A stretch of 62,860 nt of DNA, the filler included. It is 5 parts of 5 records of this genome, joined end to end, with 100 filler letters (N's around TTAATTAATTAA, not from the genome) between each part and the next. Parts side by side here need not be neighbours in the genome. Positions count along the whole stretch, not along the records: positions 27,939 to 36,470 come from SRR20825006_249; positions 36,571 to 45,055 come from SRR20825006_250; 3 more parts are not named here. The stretch is one strand, 5' to 3'. Below the pieces are notes generated by a model. The model worked only from the letters and a program-made list of their open reading frames with translations. It was not told the origin of the DNA and did not search any database. A program made the position numbers and the translations under genes. Of this stretch, positions 29,262 through 40,046 are shown piece after piece (positions within the stretch are counted from its first letter, which is position 1; each line of letters starts with the position of its first letter).

Positions 29262-31052
29262 TTATTTGGCCTCGGCGCTGATATTGACCTTGCCGAGCAG
29301 CGATGTGGGATCGTCTTCGGCCTGCATGAAATCCATCATGCCCAGTCCAGGCTCGGTCTTGGCTTCGATGCCGATCATCAGGGTCTTGGCATTGCCAGCG
29401 ACAAAACTGTTGATGGCCTCGCCCAGTTTGGCGGCTTCGGCCGCGCCCCCCATCATGCCGATGACGCTGCCTTGGGCGAGCCCGGCAAAGACCGGCCGGA
29501 GGGTGGCCGGATCGGCTCCCTGTTCGGCGGCGACGACCGCCAGAATGATGTCGGAGAGGCCTGCGTCAGTGACGGTCAGATCAAGGTTCTGCACGGCCAC
29601 CGCCATGCCGGCCGCGACCGAGGCGTCCATGTCAAGGGCGAACAAGTCCTCGGTTGCATTGGCGATCGTCCCGGCCAGCAACACAGTGGCGAGGTCGACG
29701 CCCGTAACCGAGGCCTCCTCAACGGCGATGGTTTCGCTCGCTGCATCCCAGACAGCGGCAAGGCGGAATCCGGCATTGATATCGGTGATGCCCAAGGCAA
29801 GCAGTTGCTCGAAGGTCTCATCGCCTGTGCCTGGCGGGATTGCCGCCTGAATCTGGGAGGCAGAAACGTCGAGATCGGTGGGAACGCCGTTGAGGTAGCT
29901 GGCAAGCGAGATGTCGAATGCGCCGACCTTGGCCTGAATACGGGCGCCTTCATTGTCCGGATCGGGGATGTCGATGTCGAGCCCTGCCAGTGAGAGGCCC
30001 TCCATGGCAGGGATCAGGGCGCGGGCATTCTCTTCCAGCCACGCCTCGCTGACCTCATCTGGTGCGGCTTCGAGCGTTGCGATGGTCGAAGTCAGGTCCA
30101 TCGGCTTGATGACAAGGCTGTCCATGGTGAAGGCCCCATCGCCTTCCACGACGATGTTAAAGCCGTCCATGGCAATCGACGGATAAACGCCGGGGGCCAT
30201 GCCGCCCATCGTCATGCCGGCCACTGCGAAGGTCATCGGCCGTCCATCGTCGTCTAATCCATTGCAGTCAAAACCGTCGAAGTTCACTTCGGACGTCTCG
30301 AACGCGGTCAGGATGTCGGCGTACATCTTGAGGAACTGGCCCATGGTGGCCGGATCCACATCATCGCCCTGGTCCTCCATGGCCTGGCCAATGGCCATCA
30401 TCTCAACAAAAGAGGTCTGGAGCGGCCGGGCCTTGAACTCGGCGCCGGTGACTCCACCAATATTGCAGGTGACTTCCTCGGATTGCAGCGTGCCACCTTC
30501 GGACACCAGATCTGTGTAGATGGTCTGCAGTTCAGTCTGACCGTCCGTGTCCACCAGTCCATAAATGCCCAGGACGCCGGCAATATCGAAATTGGCTGCT
30601 GACATGGCGGCAAAGGAGAAGTCCGCGTCATCGGCCAGAAGGTTGATGCCAGACAGGCTGATGCTGCCGGCCTGGCCGTCCACCACGTCTTCGAGCATCA
30701 GATCGGAAAAGGTGATCGTTGCATCATGCGTTTCATCATCGGATTGCGAGGTAATGCTGAGCCTGATTTCGGGAACTGCAATACTGGTCGCGTCCAGGTT
30801 TGACAGGGCCTCGGCATTCTCGACGATCTTGCCGCTGAGGATTTCCGTCAGCAGGGCGTCATCGAGATTAGACCCGACCGCATCAATGGTTGGAATGGAG
30901 ACCGAATAGTCCATCTCCAGCGCGACCGGAGCGGCATCTGTGGTCTTGACCTTATCCTTGGCCAGGCCACCGGTTGCGGGCAGGGCAACACTGAGCATGC
31001 AGGCCGCCGCTATGGCGGGCAACCGACCGCCAGTGGTCACGTTCATCGACAT
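29262..31052 (-). CDS. Large acidic secreted hypothetical protein
   Basis: Signal peptide after ATG 31052; long acidic beta-rich ORF with biased codon use. Confidence 0.8.
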   Translation of the reverse strand: MSMNVTTGGRLPAIAAACMLSVALPATGGLAKDKVKTTDAAPVALEMDYSVSIPTIDAVGSNLDDALLTEILSGKIVENAEALSNLDATSIAVPEIRLSITSQSDDETHDATITFSDLMLEDVVDGQAGSISLSGINLLADDADFSFAAMSAANFDIAGVLGIYGLVDTDGQTELQTIYTDLVSEGGTLQSEEVTCNIGGVTGAEFKARPLQTSFVEMMAIGQAMEDQGDDVDPATMGQFLKMYADILTAFETSEVNFDGFDCNGLDDDGRPMTFAVAGMTMGGMAPGVYPSIAMDGFNIVVEGDGAFTMDSLVIKPMDLTSTIATLEAAPDEVSEAWLEENARALIPAMEGLSLAGLDIDIPDPDNEGARIQAKVGAFDISLASYLNGVPTDLDVSASQIQAAIPPGTGDETFEQLLALGITDINAGFRLAAVWDAASETIAVEEASVTGVDLATVLLAGTIANATEDLFALDMDASVAAGMAVAVQNLDLTVTDAGLSDIILAVVAAEQGADPATLRPVFAGLAQGSVIGMMGGAAEAAKLGEAINSFVAGNAKTLMIGIEAKTEPGLGMMDFMQAEDDPTSLLGKVNISAEAK

Positions 31053-31175
31053 GGTCTTCTCCCTATTTGATGCACAAGCATCTGGGCTCGGTTCGAGCGC
31101 CATTCAAGTGGAAGACCTATCTGCCTGCAAGTTGTTGCGCAATTGAGACAGCTTTGGACGCGAGGGGCGCGAAGC

Positions 31176-32147
31176 TCAATAGACCGAGGTCAACACTTCG
31201 ATCTCGCGTGGACCGCCGGGTTGGACCTGAATCTGGCGGTTGTAGACCTGCTCGCCGAGCTTGGCGAGCACCAGATACTCGCCCTCCGACAGCACCGTGG
31301 AGGGAAAAGCGCCGCGTTCGCTGAATATGGTGGCGCCTTCCGCTGTCTTGACCGTCCATTCGACGTCGGCGATCGCTTCGCCGGCTTCTTCCGAGACCAG
31401 CTTGAAGGAGATTTCGGCGGCGTGGTGGTAAAGGGTTGCATCGGTGAGCTGGCCCGGCTCGACCCTGAGGTCGGCGCGCACAACGGCATTGATCTCGCCG
31501 AAACGCGAGACGATCTCGTAGGTGCCGGCGTTGAGCGTAACAATTTCATTGGGCGGCAGGTCTTCTGCCACCAGGGCGCGGCCGGTTTCGCCGCCTGTGG
31601 TGAAGATGTCGAAATGCAGCAGTGCAGGCGAAATGGGGATATCGCCCGTCACTGCCGAATTCAGCCTGAGGGCACCAGCTTCCAGAACAACGTCATGCAT
31701 ATTGGCGCCAGGCACTACCGACAGGGTGTCACTGATTTGCGCCTGCCCATAGGCGACATGCACGACATAATCGCCGGGTGGCAATTCGAGCTGCACATTC
31801 CCCGTGTCGGCCTTGGCCACCAGGGCCATTTCACCATTCTCGTCCGGAGTGCCTTCAAAGATGCGCCAGATCAGACCATCGGGAATCGGGGCGCCTTCGG
31901 CGGTAATGCGGGCAGTGAGGGTGACGGGCTGGGGCACGCTGGAGACGGCGGCGATCGCCTCCGTCGCGGTGTTCTCTTCGGTCCCACTTTCGCCCGTGGG
32001 TGAAGGCAGAGCAGTCCTGTCCGGACGCGGGCGAGGCAGAGGGGGAATTTCGGCAGCGTCCTGCGCAAAAGCGACTTGAACCGCCGGCATTGGGCAAAGT
32101 GCCATCGCCACGCTGAAAAGGATTGCCAATAGTCTTGCCGAACGCAT
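31176..32147 (-). CDS. Periplasmic hypothetical protein with repeated beta-sandwich units
   Basis: Signal peptide, PPLPRPRP linker, repeats LPPGDYVV / LNAGTYEI / LSEGEYLV. Confidence 0.82.
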   Translation of the reverse strand: MRSARLLAILFSVAMALCPMPAVQVAFAQDAAEIPPLPRPRPDRTALPSPTGESGTEENTATEAIAAVSSVPQPVTLTARITAEGAPIPDGLIWRIFEGTPDENGEMALVAKADTGNVQLELPPGDYVVHVAYGQAQISDTLSVVPGANMHDVVLEAGALRLNSAVTGDIPISPALLHFDIFTTGGETGRALVAEDLPPNEIVTLNAGTYEIVSRFGEINAVVRADLRVEPGQLTDATLYHHAAEISFKLVSEEAGEAIADVEWTVKTAEGATIFSERGAFPSTVLSEGEYLVLAKLGEQVYNRQIQVQPGGPREIEVLTSVY

Positions 32148-32326
32148 GTGGTCTCCAGCTTGCGGCGTCGTTGTCAGGGCCGAATCCGAGATTGGCCTAG
32201 ACCCCGATTGGGGAAAAGCTGTGTCACAATCGGTTCCGGTTTTAAACTACTGCATGGCACTTCAAGGGATTTTTACAGCAGCGATGGGCCCGGTGGCGCC
32301 ATAGAGCCGAATGCGGACTCTGGTGG

Positions 32327-32342
32327 TTAACAGGGTGTTAAC
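32327..32342 (+). promoter_or_regulatory. CtrA binding site
   Basis: TTAA-CAGGGTG-TTAAC is a perfect TTAA-N7-TTAAC upstream of the SLT-like gene. Confidence 0.7.
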
Positions 32343-32400
32343 GGGCTCTCGTGCTATGGTGACGCCATTGATTCTCGGATTTTCGGCGCGAAGACCGTCC

Positions 32401-33207
32401 ATGGGTGTGCAGTCCATCTCCATCTCGCAGAGCCTGGCCAATGCTCTGAACGCAGCGGGCAACCGCAGCGGGGTGGATTTCGACTATCTGCTGCAAACCG
32501 CCATGCGCGAAAGCAGCCTTAACCCCGAGGCCCGTGCAAGCACCTCTTCTGCGGTAGGGCTATTCCAGTTTCTTGAAGGCACCTGGCTGCAGGTGATGAA
32601 GGAAGACGGGCCGCGGCTGGGCTACGAGACCTATGCCAATGCGATTTCCCGAACCGCAAGTGGCGACTATGTCGTTGCTGATGCCTCGACGCGGGCACAA
32701 ATCCTCAAACTGCGAGAGAACCCGCAGGTTGCCGCCGATCTCGCCGCGGCCATTACCCGCTCCAATGGAGACTATCTGCGCAATGAGTTCGGGCGCATGC
32801 CCAGCGCAGGTGAACTCTATATAGCCCATTTCCTGGGGGCTCGGGGGGCCGAGAAAATGTTCAAAGCGGGATTGGAAAATCCCGACCAGGTAGCCGTAAA
32901 CCTGTTTCCGCGGCAGGCGGATGCAAACCGGGCGATCTTTTATGACCGTGAGGGGCAGGCGCGTACCATTCGCCAAGTCTATCAGGTGTTGGTGGCCAAG
33001 CATGGCCAGGATGAGAATGCCGGATTTGCTGTCCAGCAACTGACTGGTACCAGCACCGCCCCGGAGCGTTCATCCGAGCCACCGCTTCCCTCACGTTTCT
33101 CGCAAGAAAACATGTCTTTTACCGGCCTGTTCAAGACCGAACCCGAGACTGCGGACGAAACGGGAGACGCGAATGCTGCGTTTTTTACCCAGCTCTACGC
33201 GCAATAG
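32401..33207 (+). CDS. Lytic transglycosylase (SLT-like) protein
   Basis: GVDFDYLLQTAMRESSLNP, SSAVGLFQF, LYIAHFLGA; start taken as ATG 32401 downstream of the CtrA box. Confidence 0.88.
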   Translation: MGVQSISISQSLANALNAAGNRSGVDFDYLLQTAMRESSLNPEARASTSSAVGLFQFLEGTWLQVMKEDGPRLGYETYANAISRTASGDYVVADASTRAQILKLRENPQVAADLAAAITRSNGDYLRNEFGRMPSAGELYIAHFLGARGAEKMFKAGLENPDQVAVNLFPRQADANRAIFYDREGQARTIRQVYQVLVAKHGQDENAGFAVQQLTGTSTAPERSSEPPLPSRFSQENMSFTGLFKTEPETADETGDANAAFFTQLYAQ

Positions 33208-33327
33208 GGACGGGGTTGGATGATCTAAGCCAAATGGTCGGGTTGGCGAAGTCGATCCATGCGCGTTTAGTTCAATCATTGGCCGACGAGCGTCCAATGG
33301 GCCCAAAGGGGCCGAGGGAGAAGAATA

Positions 33328-33480
33328 ATGGCAGAGCCAGTGCACATTGTGCGCGGTCGTTCAGCAAGCCATCTGCCCAGCGGCGTGGTTATCCTTGCCC
33401 TGGCCTTCTTGTCCTGGGCGGTGCTGATCGGGGCTTGGCAGGCACTGTCCATCTCCTTCTCGTTCATCGGCGGGAACTGA
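33328..33480 (+). CDS. 50-aa single-pass membrane protein (not in ORF track)
   Basis: MAEPVHIVRGRSASHLPSGVVILALAFLSWAVLIGAWQALSISFSFIGGN; RBS GAGGGAG. Confidence 0.6.
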   Translation: MAEPVHIVRGRSASHLPSGVVILALAFLSWAVLIGAWQALSISFSFIGGN

Positions 33481-33584
33481 CGGCGTCATTGGGCGCTATG
33501 CAGCGTGCGCGCGCCGCCCACTTATGGTGAACCGTTCCTTAAAGTTTGGCCGCTAGCTTCCTCTGCACTGGTGCGGAGTATGGA

Positions 33585-34791
33585 ATGATTGGCTACGAGG
33601 CATTTGCTGAGCTGTCACAGTCGAAGGACAGTGATGAAAGAGGGCATGCCGCCCATCTGGCTGCCTTGGCCTATCTGGATCATAGCGGGCCGGCGGATGA
33701 GCATGCTGCACTCTACGCCGCGCTGATTGGCTTTCTCGACGATAGCTCGGTCAAGGTGCGCGCGGCCTTGGCCTATGGCCTGCTGCATTCGCATCAAGCG
33801 CCTCGTTCCGTCATCCTTTCGCTGTTGCAGGACAGCGCCGTGATTGCGCGTGCCGTGCTGCAATACTCTCCGGTGCTGGTAGAAGCGGACCTTCATCCCA
33901 TTGTTGCCCGCGGGGACATCATGGCGATGACTGCCGTGGCGCAACGCGCCAGCATCAGCCCACGGCTGGCTTCGGCCCTGATCGGCAAGGCGGATCGCGC
34001 ATTGACCCTGCGCCTTCTGCGCCGCGAGGATGTGCGTCTGGAAGCAGCGGTGCTCGATCAGCTTGCGCGAAGCCAGGGAGACGATGCCGAACTGCGTGGT
34101 GCTTTGCTCGCCCGCAAGGAATTGCCGGGCAGCTCGCGGCTGGTCCTGGTTCATCAGGTCACCGCCAGCCTGCGCGCCTGCCGAATAGTCAAGGGCGCGC
34201 TGAACCCTGATCGGCTAAGCCGGCTTTTGCGGGATGGCGCTGATACAGCCACTGCCGTCATTGGCGAATCCGACGTGGTCGAGGGCAGGGCAGCTTATGT
34301 CGATAGCCTTATGGGGGCGGATCAGGTCAATGCCAGATTGCTGCTCCACGCCATGGTCACCGGGCGGGTGATGTTTTTTGCCGCCTGTATCGCCGGGCTG
34401 GCCAATTCCAGCGCCGATAAGGTCTTTACCCTGCTCGAGAGCGGCAGCCGTGCGGCTCTTGGGGCCTTGTTCGCTCGTTGTGGGCTGCCTGGCACGGTCA
34501 GCGGTCTGCTGGTTCGCCTGGTCATGCATGCCCGCATAACTGATCTGGCCGACGACGCAGCTGCGCGCCACTATGTCATCACCGTGCTGACCGAAGAACT
34601 GATTGCCGAGTTTGAAAGGCGACATTCCCGCCGAGCTTGAAGAAGTGTTCTGCTATCTCAACGAGCAGAATATCGCTTTGGCGCGTCAGGCCGCGCGCGG
34701 TGTCATGGCAGCATTTGCCCGGTCGAGCCAGGCGGAATTGTCGTTGCCACCCGCTGCCGGACCCATACCCATGCAGCTCCCGGCCGCCTAG
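33585..34791 (+). CDS. DUF2336-family protein, frameshifted near 34617
   Basis: LDDSSVKVRAALA, VLQYSPVL..ADL; C-terminus GDIPAELEEVFCYL... continues in another frame (ORF 34603-34791) after GAAAGGC. Confidence 0.8.
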
Positions 34792-34869
34792 CATTCTGTG
34801 CTGAGAAAAAGAATCGCCCGACCGCTTCAATGCATTGAAATGTTTTAGAAATTGGGGGGGGAGCGCGGC

Positions 34870-35631
34870 CTAGAAGCGGAACTGTTCGCTCAATACCCGC
34901 TCTTCGAGGCTTGTGCCCGGATCAAACAGCAGCGTTACGCCATGTGAGCGGTCCTCGCGGACGGTGACTTCGAGCACGTTGTGGAATTCGACATTGTCAG
35001 CCACAGCGCTGACCGGGCGCTTGTTCGCTTCATGCGCGACAAACTTGACCACGGCGCGATTGGACAGAATTGCACCGCGCCAGCGGCGGGGGCGAAAAGG
35101 CGAAATCGGTGTCAGGGCCAGCAGGGGCGCCTCGATGGGCAGAATGGGGCCGTGAGCGGACAGATTGTAGGCCGTGGACCCAGCCGGTGTCGCCAACAAT
35201 GCGCCATCACAGATCAGTTCCTCAAGGCGCACCTCGTCGTCCACAGAGATCTGCAGCTTGGCGGCCTGGTAGGTGGAGCGGAAAAGGGACACTTCGTTGA
35301 TGGCAAGGGCCGTCTGCCGGCCGCCGGAAGCATCCAGCACGTCCATGGCCAGGGGATAAATCTGAGTGCGCTGACTGGCATCGAGACGTTCTGGCAGGTC
35401 TTCTTCGCTGAAGGCGTTCATCAGAAATCCCACGGAGCCGAAATTCATTCCGTAGACGGGAATGGTGCGGCCCATGACCTTGTGCAGCGTTTGCAGCATC
35501 AGGCCGTCGCCGCCAAGGGCGACCACGAGGTCGGCTTCGCCTATGGAATAATCTCCATAGCGCTCGCGCAATCGGGTGGCGGCTGCCTCGGCAGCCGGTG
35601 TTTCGCTCGTCACCACGCAGATTTTGCTCAT
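34870..35631 (-). CDS. nadK: NAD kinase
   Basis: [37 protein letters not shown]. Confidence 0.97.
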   Translation of the reverse strand: MSKICVVTSETPAAEAAATRLRERYGDYSIGEADLVVALGGDGLMLQTLHKVMGRTIPVYGMNFGSVGFLMNAFSEEDLPERLDASQRTQIYPLAMDVLDASGGRQTALAINEVSLFRSTYQAAKLQISVDDEVRLEELICDGALLATPAGSTAYNLSAHGPILPIEAPLLALTPISPFRPRRWRGAILSNRAVVKFVAHEANKRPVSAVADNVEFHNVLEVTVREDRSHGVTLLFDPGTSLEERVLSEQFRF

Positions 35632-35743
35632 GTGGGCGATAAACCTCGTGGCAGAATGTTGGACGCCTCCCTATCACGCTCCTTGTCGTCACGCCAACAG
35701 CGTTGGTGTGGTGGCGCCAACTGTCCGAGGCTTGTTCGATGCG

Positions 35744-36058
35744 TCAGTGGCCGGTGATTGCAGAACGCTGAAGGGATAATACGAGGGCGATTGAGTCGGA
35801 AACCGCCTGATTTCGAGCGTTCGGGTAGCGGCGGCACGGATCGCGCATGAAGCGTGTCAAAGCGTTCTCGCCATTCGGAAGGCGTCCGTTGAAGGTTATT
35901 TCAAGCTCGCCCAATTCACCGGGGGCGCGTCGGTCAAGACTTACCGCATGTGAAATCTGCCGCAGTTGATCGTTGGTGCGGCCAATAAGGAGAGGTGTCT
36001 CACCGGCGTCAGTTAGCTCACGCCATTTCTTCACCAAGGCATCGATCGCCTTGGGCAA
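35744..36058 (-). pseudogene. Probable fragment of a TraA/MobA-type relaxase-helicase
   Basis: AIDALVKKW...PLLIGRTNDQLRQISHAV resembles the TraA helicase segment; short and degenerate. Confidence 0.35.
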
Positions 36059-36248
36059 GTTCGTGCCAAAGTGGACATGCTTGCGTCGGATCAGCTCGCT
36101 CAGGGCCTTGAGCGCGCGCCTTGACCCACGTCAAACACGACCTGGCGAAGCCAGGTCTCACGGTGCCGAACAAAATTCTCGATACGATTGACGTCCACGG
36201 CTCGGCCGACCAGACCTAGTCCAGGGCCAGCAGAAGTCGGCTGGATCT

Positions 36249-36470
36249 GATTTCGATGAGTTCTAACGCCAGGCGCCGAAACTGTCAGCAGCCGTCAGTA
36301 TGACGCATTATGGGGACGAGCTTGACCCGTGGCCAGAACGCCTGTTCGCGCCGCAAACCATCGCCAATGGACTGGGCGAGACAGTAGCGCTCGCCGAACG
36401 CACGCGGCTGCGCCTTGCAGAGTCAGAGAAGTATCCGCATGTCACCTATTTCTTCAATGGCGGCAGGGAG
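36249..36470 (+). pseudogene. gpmI: 2,3-BPG-independent phosphoglycerate mutase internal fragment
   Basis: LAESEKYPHVTYFFNGGRE motif; in-frame upstream DFDEF-TAA(36264)-R; N-terminal half absent. Confidence 0.8.
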
Positions 36471-36570
36471 NNNNNNNNNNNNNNNNNNNNNNNNNNNNNN
36501 NNNNNNNNNNNNNNTTAATTAATTAANNNNNNNNNNNNNNNNNNNNNNNNNNNNNNNNNNNNNNNNNNNN
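36471..36570. other. Artificial contig linker
   Basis: N-run + TTAATTAATTAA + N-run. Confidence 0.99.
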
Positions 36571-38061
36571 CACCTTGAAGTCCATGTCGCCGAGGTGATC
36601 TTCATCACCGAGGATATCGGACAGGACCGCATAGCGACCGTCTTCTTCCTTCACCAGCCCCATGGCAATACCGGCCACCGGCGCGGTCAGCGGCACACCC
36701 GCGTCCATCAACGCCATGGAGGTACCACACACGGACGCCATGGAAGACGAACCGTTGGACTCGGTGATCTCGGAAACCACACGAACCGTGTAAGGGAAAT
36801 CCTGCACGCTCGGTACAACCGCTTCCACACCACGACGTGCCAAACGGCCATGGCCGATTTCACGACGCTTCGGAGAACCAATAAAGCCGGTTTCGCCCAC
36901 ACAGTACGGAGGGAAGTTGTACTGCAGCATGAAGTGATCCTGGCGGGACCCTTCCAGTGCATCGATAAACTGGGCATCACGCATGCCACCCAGAGTCGCG
37001 GTCACGATAGCCTGGGTTTCACCACGGGTGAACAACGCAGAACCGTGAGTCTTGGAGAGGGTGCCGACCTGACAATCGATCGCACGAACCGCATCCAGAG
37101 CACGGCCATCGATACGCGGCTTGCCGGATACCACGGCTTCACGCACCACGCTCTTCTCAATCTTGCCGAACAGTTCTTTCACTTCGCCGGCTTCAGGAGC
37201 ACCTTCTTCGCCAGTGGCAAAGGCCTCAACACACGCATCGCGCAGCTCGCCAACCTTGGCGTAACGGGCCATCTTCTCGGTGATGGTGTAAGCCTCACCC
37301 AGTGCCGCGGCGAACTTGTCCTTGATGGCTGCTTTCAGGGTTTCGTTCTGCTCGGCCGGTTTCCAGTCCCAGGTTTCCGTGCCCACTTCGGCAGCGAACT
37401 CCTTGATGCCCTGGATCAGCGGCTGCATTTCCATATGACCGAACAATACCGCACCCAGCATCTGATCTTCAGACAGCTCCTGCGCTTCGGATTCCACCAT
37501 CAGGACCGCAGGCTCAGTGCCGGCAACAACCAGATCCAGTGCAGATTCGGCCAGCTCGGAGTAGCTCGGGTTAAGAATGTACATGCCATCCTTGTAACCA
37601 ACCCGTGCAGCGCCGATAGGACCATTGAACGGAATACCGGAAATGGACAGCGCCGCAGAGGTACCGATCAGGGCAGCGATATCCGGATCACGGTTCTTGT
37701 CAGAGGACATCACCGTAGCCACAACCTGTACTTCGTTCATGAAGCCTTTGGGGAACAGGGGGCGAATCGGGCGATCGATCAGGCGACAGGTCAGCGTTTC
37801 TTTTTCGCTGGGGCGGCCTTCTCGCTTCAGGAAGCCACCGGGGATGCGGCCGGTTGCGTAGGTCTTTTCCTGATAGTTAACGGTCAGGGGAAAGAAGTTC
37901 TGCCCTGGGTTGGCTTCTTTTCTGCCCACTACGGTGACCAGCACCTCGGTGTCACCGATACGGACCATGACCGCGGCAGTTGCCTGGCGGGCAATCTGCC
38001 CGGTTTCCAGGGTGACGGTGTCACGGCCAAACTGAATTTGCTTGGTGATTTTATTAAACAT
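36571..38061 (-). CDS. pnp: Polyribonucleotide nucleotidyltransferase (3' truncated)
   Basis: [39 protein letters not shown]. Confidence 0.99.
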
Positions 38062-38262
38062 ATCTCGTCTCTTCTCTCTTCTTCACGACAGTCTTCGAGG
38101 CCCATGCCTCTAATAAACAACTTTCTAAACAATCTTCTTTCGTTCGCGCATCATAACCAGAAACGCATCACGCATCACGCCCCCACGCTGCCAGGTAGCG
38201 GACCCTGCAACCATCCCAACACCGCCTTGTGAACGGGACATGATTTATTGCCTGCCCCAAAA

Positions 38263-38294
38263 CAACAGAAGCCCGGCAAATGCCGAGCTTCTGT
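38263..38294 (-). terminator. Terminator after rpsO
   Basis: AACAGAAGCCCGGC-AAAT-GCCGAGCTTCTGTT. Confidence 0.75.
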
Positions 38295-38318
38295 TGTGGT
38301 TACCCGATCTGCAGCCTG

Positions 38319-38588
38319 TTAGCGACGCAGACCCAGCTTTTCGATCAGCTGGAGGTAACGGGTGCGGTCTTTCTTGGCCAGGTAGTCCAGCAGCTTACGA
38401 CGCTGGTTTACCATGCGGATCAGACCACGACGGCTGTGGTGATCCTTCTTGTGGCCTTTGAAGTGATCCTGCAGACCATTGATGTTGGCGCTCAGCAGAG
38501 CCACCTGAACTTCCGGGGAACCGGTGTCGTTCTCTTTGCGGCCATGCTCTTTCAGGATCTCAGCTTTCTGTTCAGCGGTTAACGCCAT
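38319..38588 (-). CDS. rpsO: 30S ribosomal protein S15
   Basis: [28 protein letters not shown]. Confidence 0.99.
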   Translation of the reverse strand: MALTAEQKAEILKEHGRKENDTGSPEVQVALLSANINGLQDHFKGHKKDHHSRRGLIRMVNQRRKLLDYLAKKDRTRYLQLIEKLGLRR

Positions 38589-38669
38589 GTTGCTTCTCCA
38601 ATATGCTCAATTAAGGTCACGGCCAGCCATGCATATTTATAGCTGCCGTCATTAATCAGGCCAGTCTCC

Positions 38670-39596
38670 TCAGGAGGCTCCGCCTGCGATCAGACGACGG
38701 GGGGCAATCCGCCCGTCTTCCAATACTTCTCCGACACCCAGAAACTCACCGCTGGATGCCTGATAAACGCTGACCCAGCCGTCCAGAGGACGGTCTGAGG
38801 CCATCACTGGCTGCCCCTGCTGCAGGTAATAAGCAGCATTGTCACCCAATTCAACGCGCGGCCAGTCTGCCACGCTGGTAGATAAAGGCAAGAGCAGCTC
38901 GTCGATTGCCTCGACCCCGCCGGTTTCCTTGATCTTGCCCAGCTGCTCCAGAGTCAGCATGCGCTCCGACGGATAAGGCCCGGCCGACAGACGGTGCAGC
39001 GCCGTTACATGGCCACCACAGCCCAATATCGCACCGGTATCTTCCACCAGAGAGCGTACATAGGTGCCCTTGGAGCAATCCACCTCGAATTCCACCTCAT
39101 CACCATCGATGCGCAAAATTCGCAGGTCGTAAATGGTCACCGGCCGCGGCTTGCGCTCCACGGTCTTGCCCTCGCGGGCCAGCTTGTACAGCGGCACACC
39201 CTCGTGCTTGATGGCCGAATACATGCTGGGGATCTGTTCGATATCGCCCTTGAACGACAGCAAAGCAGCCTCGATCTGGTCTGGCGACGCGGTCACGTCG
39301 GTGGTTTCCACCACATCACCGTCGGCGTCACCGGTTTCCGTAGTCACACCCAGCTTGGCAGTGACCCGGTAACTCTTGTCGGATTCCAGCAAAAACTGGC
39401 TGAACTTGGTGGCTTCACCAAAACAAATCGGCAACATGCCGGTGGCCAGCGGATCCAGACTACCGGTATGCCCCGCCTTGGCAGCGGCAAACATTTTCTT
39501 GGCCATTTGCAGCGCGCCGTTACTGCTCACGCCAGACGATTTATCCAATAGCAGGATGCCGTTGAGATCACGGCCTCTGGGACGACGCTTTGCCAC
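38670..39596 (-). CDS. truB: tRNA pseudouridine(55) synthase
   Basis: KAGHTGSLDPLATG, CSKGTYVRSL. Confidence 0.98.
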   Translation of the reverse strand: MAKRRPRGRDLNGILLLDKSSGVSSNGALQMAKKMFAAAKAGHTGSLDPLATGMLPICFGEATKFSQFLLESDKSYRVTAKLGVTTETGDADGDVVETTDVTASPDQIEAALLSFKGDIEQIPSMYSAIKHEGVPLYKLAREGKTVERKPRPVTIYDLRILRIDGDEVEFEVDCSKGTYVRSLVEDTGAILGCGGHVTALHRLSAGPYPSERMLTLEQLGKIKETGGVEAIDELLLPLSTSVADWPRVELGDNAAYYLQQGQPVMASDRPLDGWVSVYQASSGEFLGVGEVLEDGRIAPRRLIAGGAS

Positions 39597-39610
39597 CTGA
39601 CAGCTCCGAG

Positions 39611-40024
39611 TTACTCGTTGTTTCCGGTTTCGTCGTCTTCCGGACGCAGCACCCGGTCTTCGGCACGGGCATCATCAATCAACTGCGACAGATGTGCCGC
39701 CCGCTCCGGGGTCATGTCGTAATGGAAACGCAATTTGGGGGTAGTGCGGGTATTGAGGCTCTTGGCCAGGCTACTGCGCAGGAAGCCGCTGGCCTTGACC
39801 AGCGCTTCTTCGGCTTCCGCGCCGGCTTCCTCGCCCTGCCCCAGCAAGGTGAAGTACACCTCGGCATAGGACAGGTCCCGGGAAACCGTCACATCCTGAA
39901 TCGTCGCCAGATTGACCCGCGGGTCTTTCATTTCAAACTGCAGCAACCGCGACAGTTCACGCTGAATCTGATCAGCAATACGGTCGGTGCGGTTAAAGCC
40001 CTGGGGGCGGCGATGACGGCTCAT
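39611..40024 (-). CDS. rbfA: Ribosome-binding factor A
   Basis: RTDRIADQIQREL..KDPRV, VSRDLSYA, PKLRFHYD; start corrected to 40024. Confidence 0.97.
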   Translation of the reverse strand: MSRHRRPQGFNRTDRIADQIQRELSRLLQFEMKDPRVNLATIQDVTVSRDLSYAEVYFTLLGQGEEAGAEAEEALVKASGFLRSSLAKSLNTRTTPKLRFHYDMTPERAAHLSQLIDDARAEDRVLRPEDDETGNNE

Positions 40025-40046
40025 AAAAGGGTTCGGGCACACTCCT

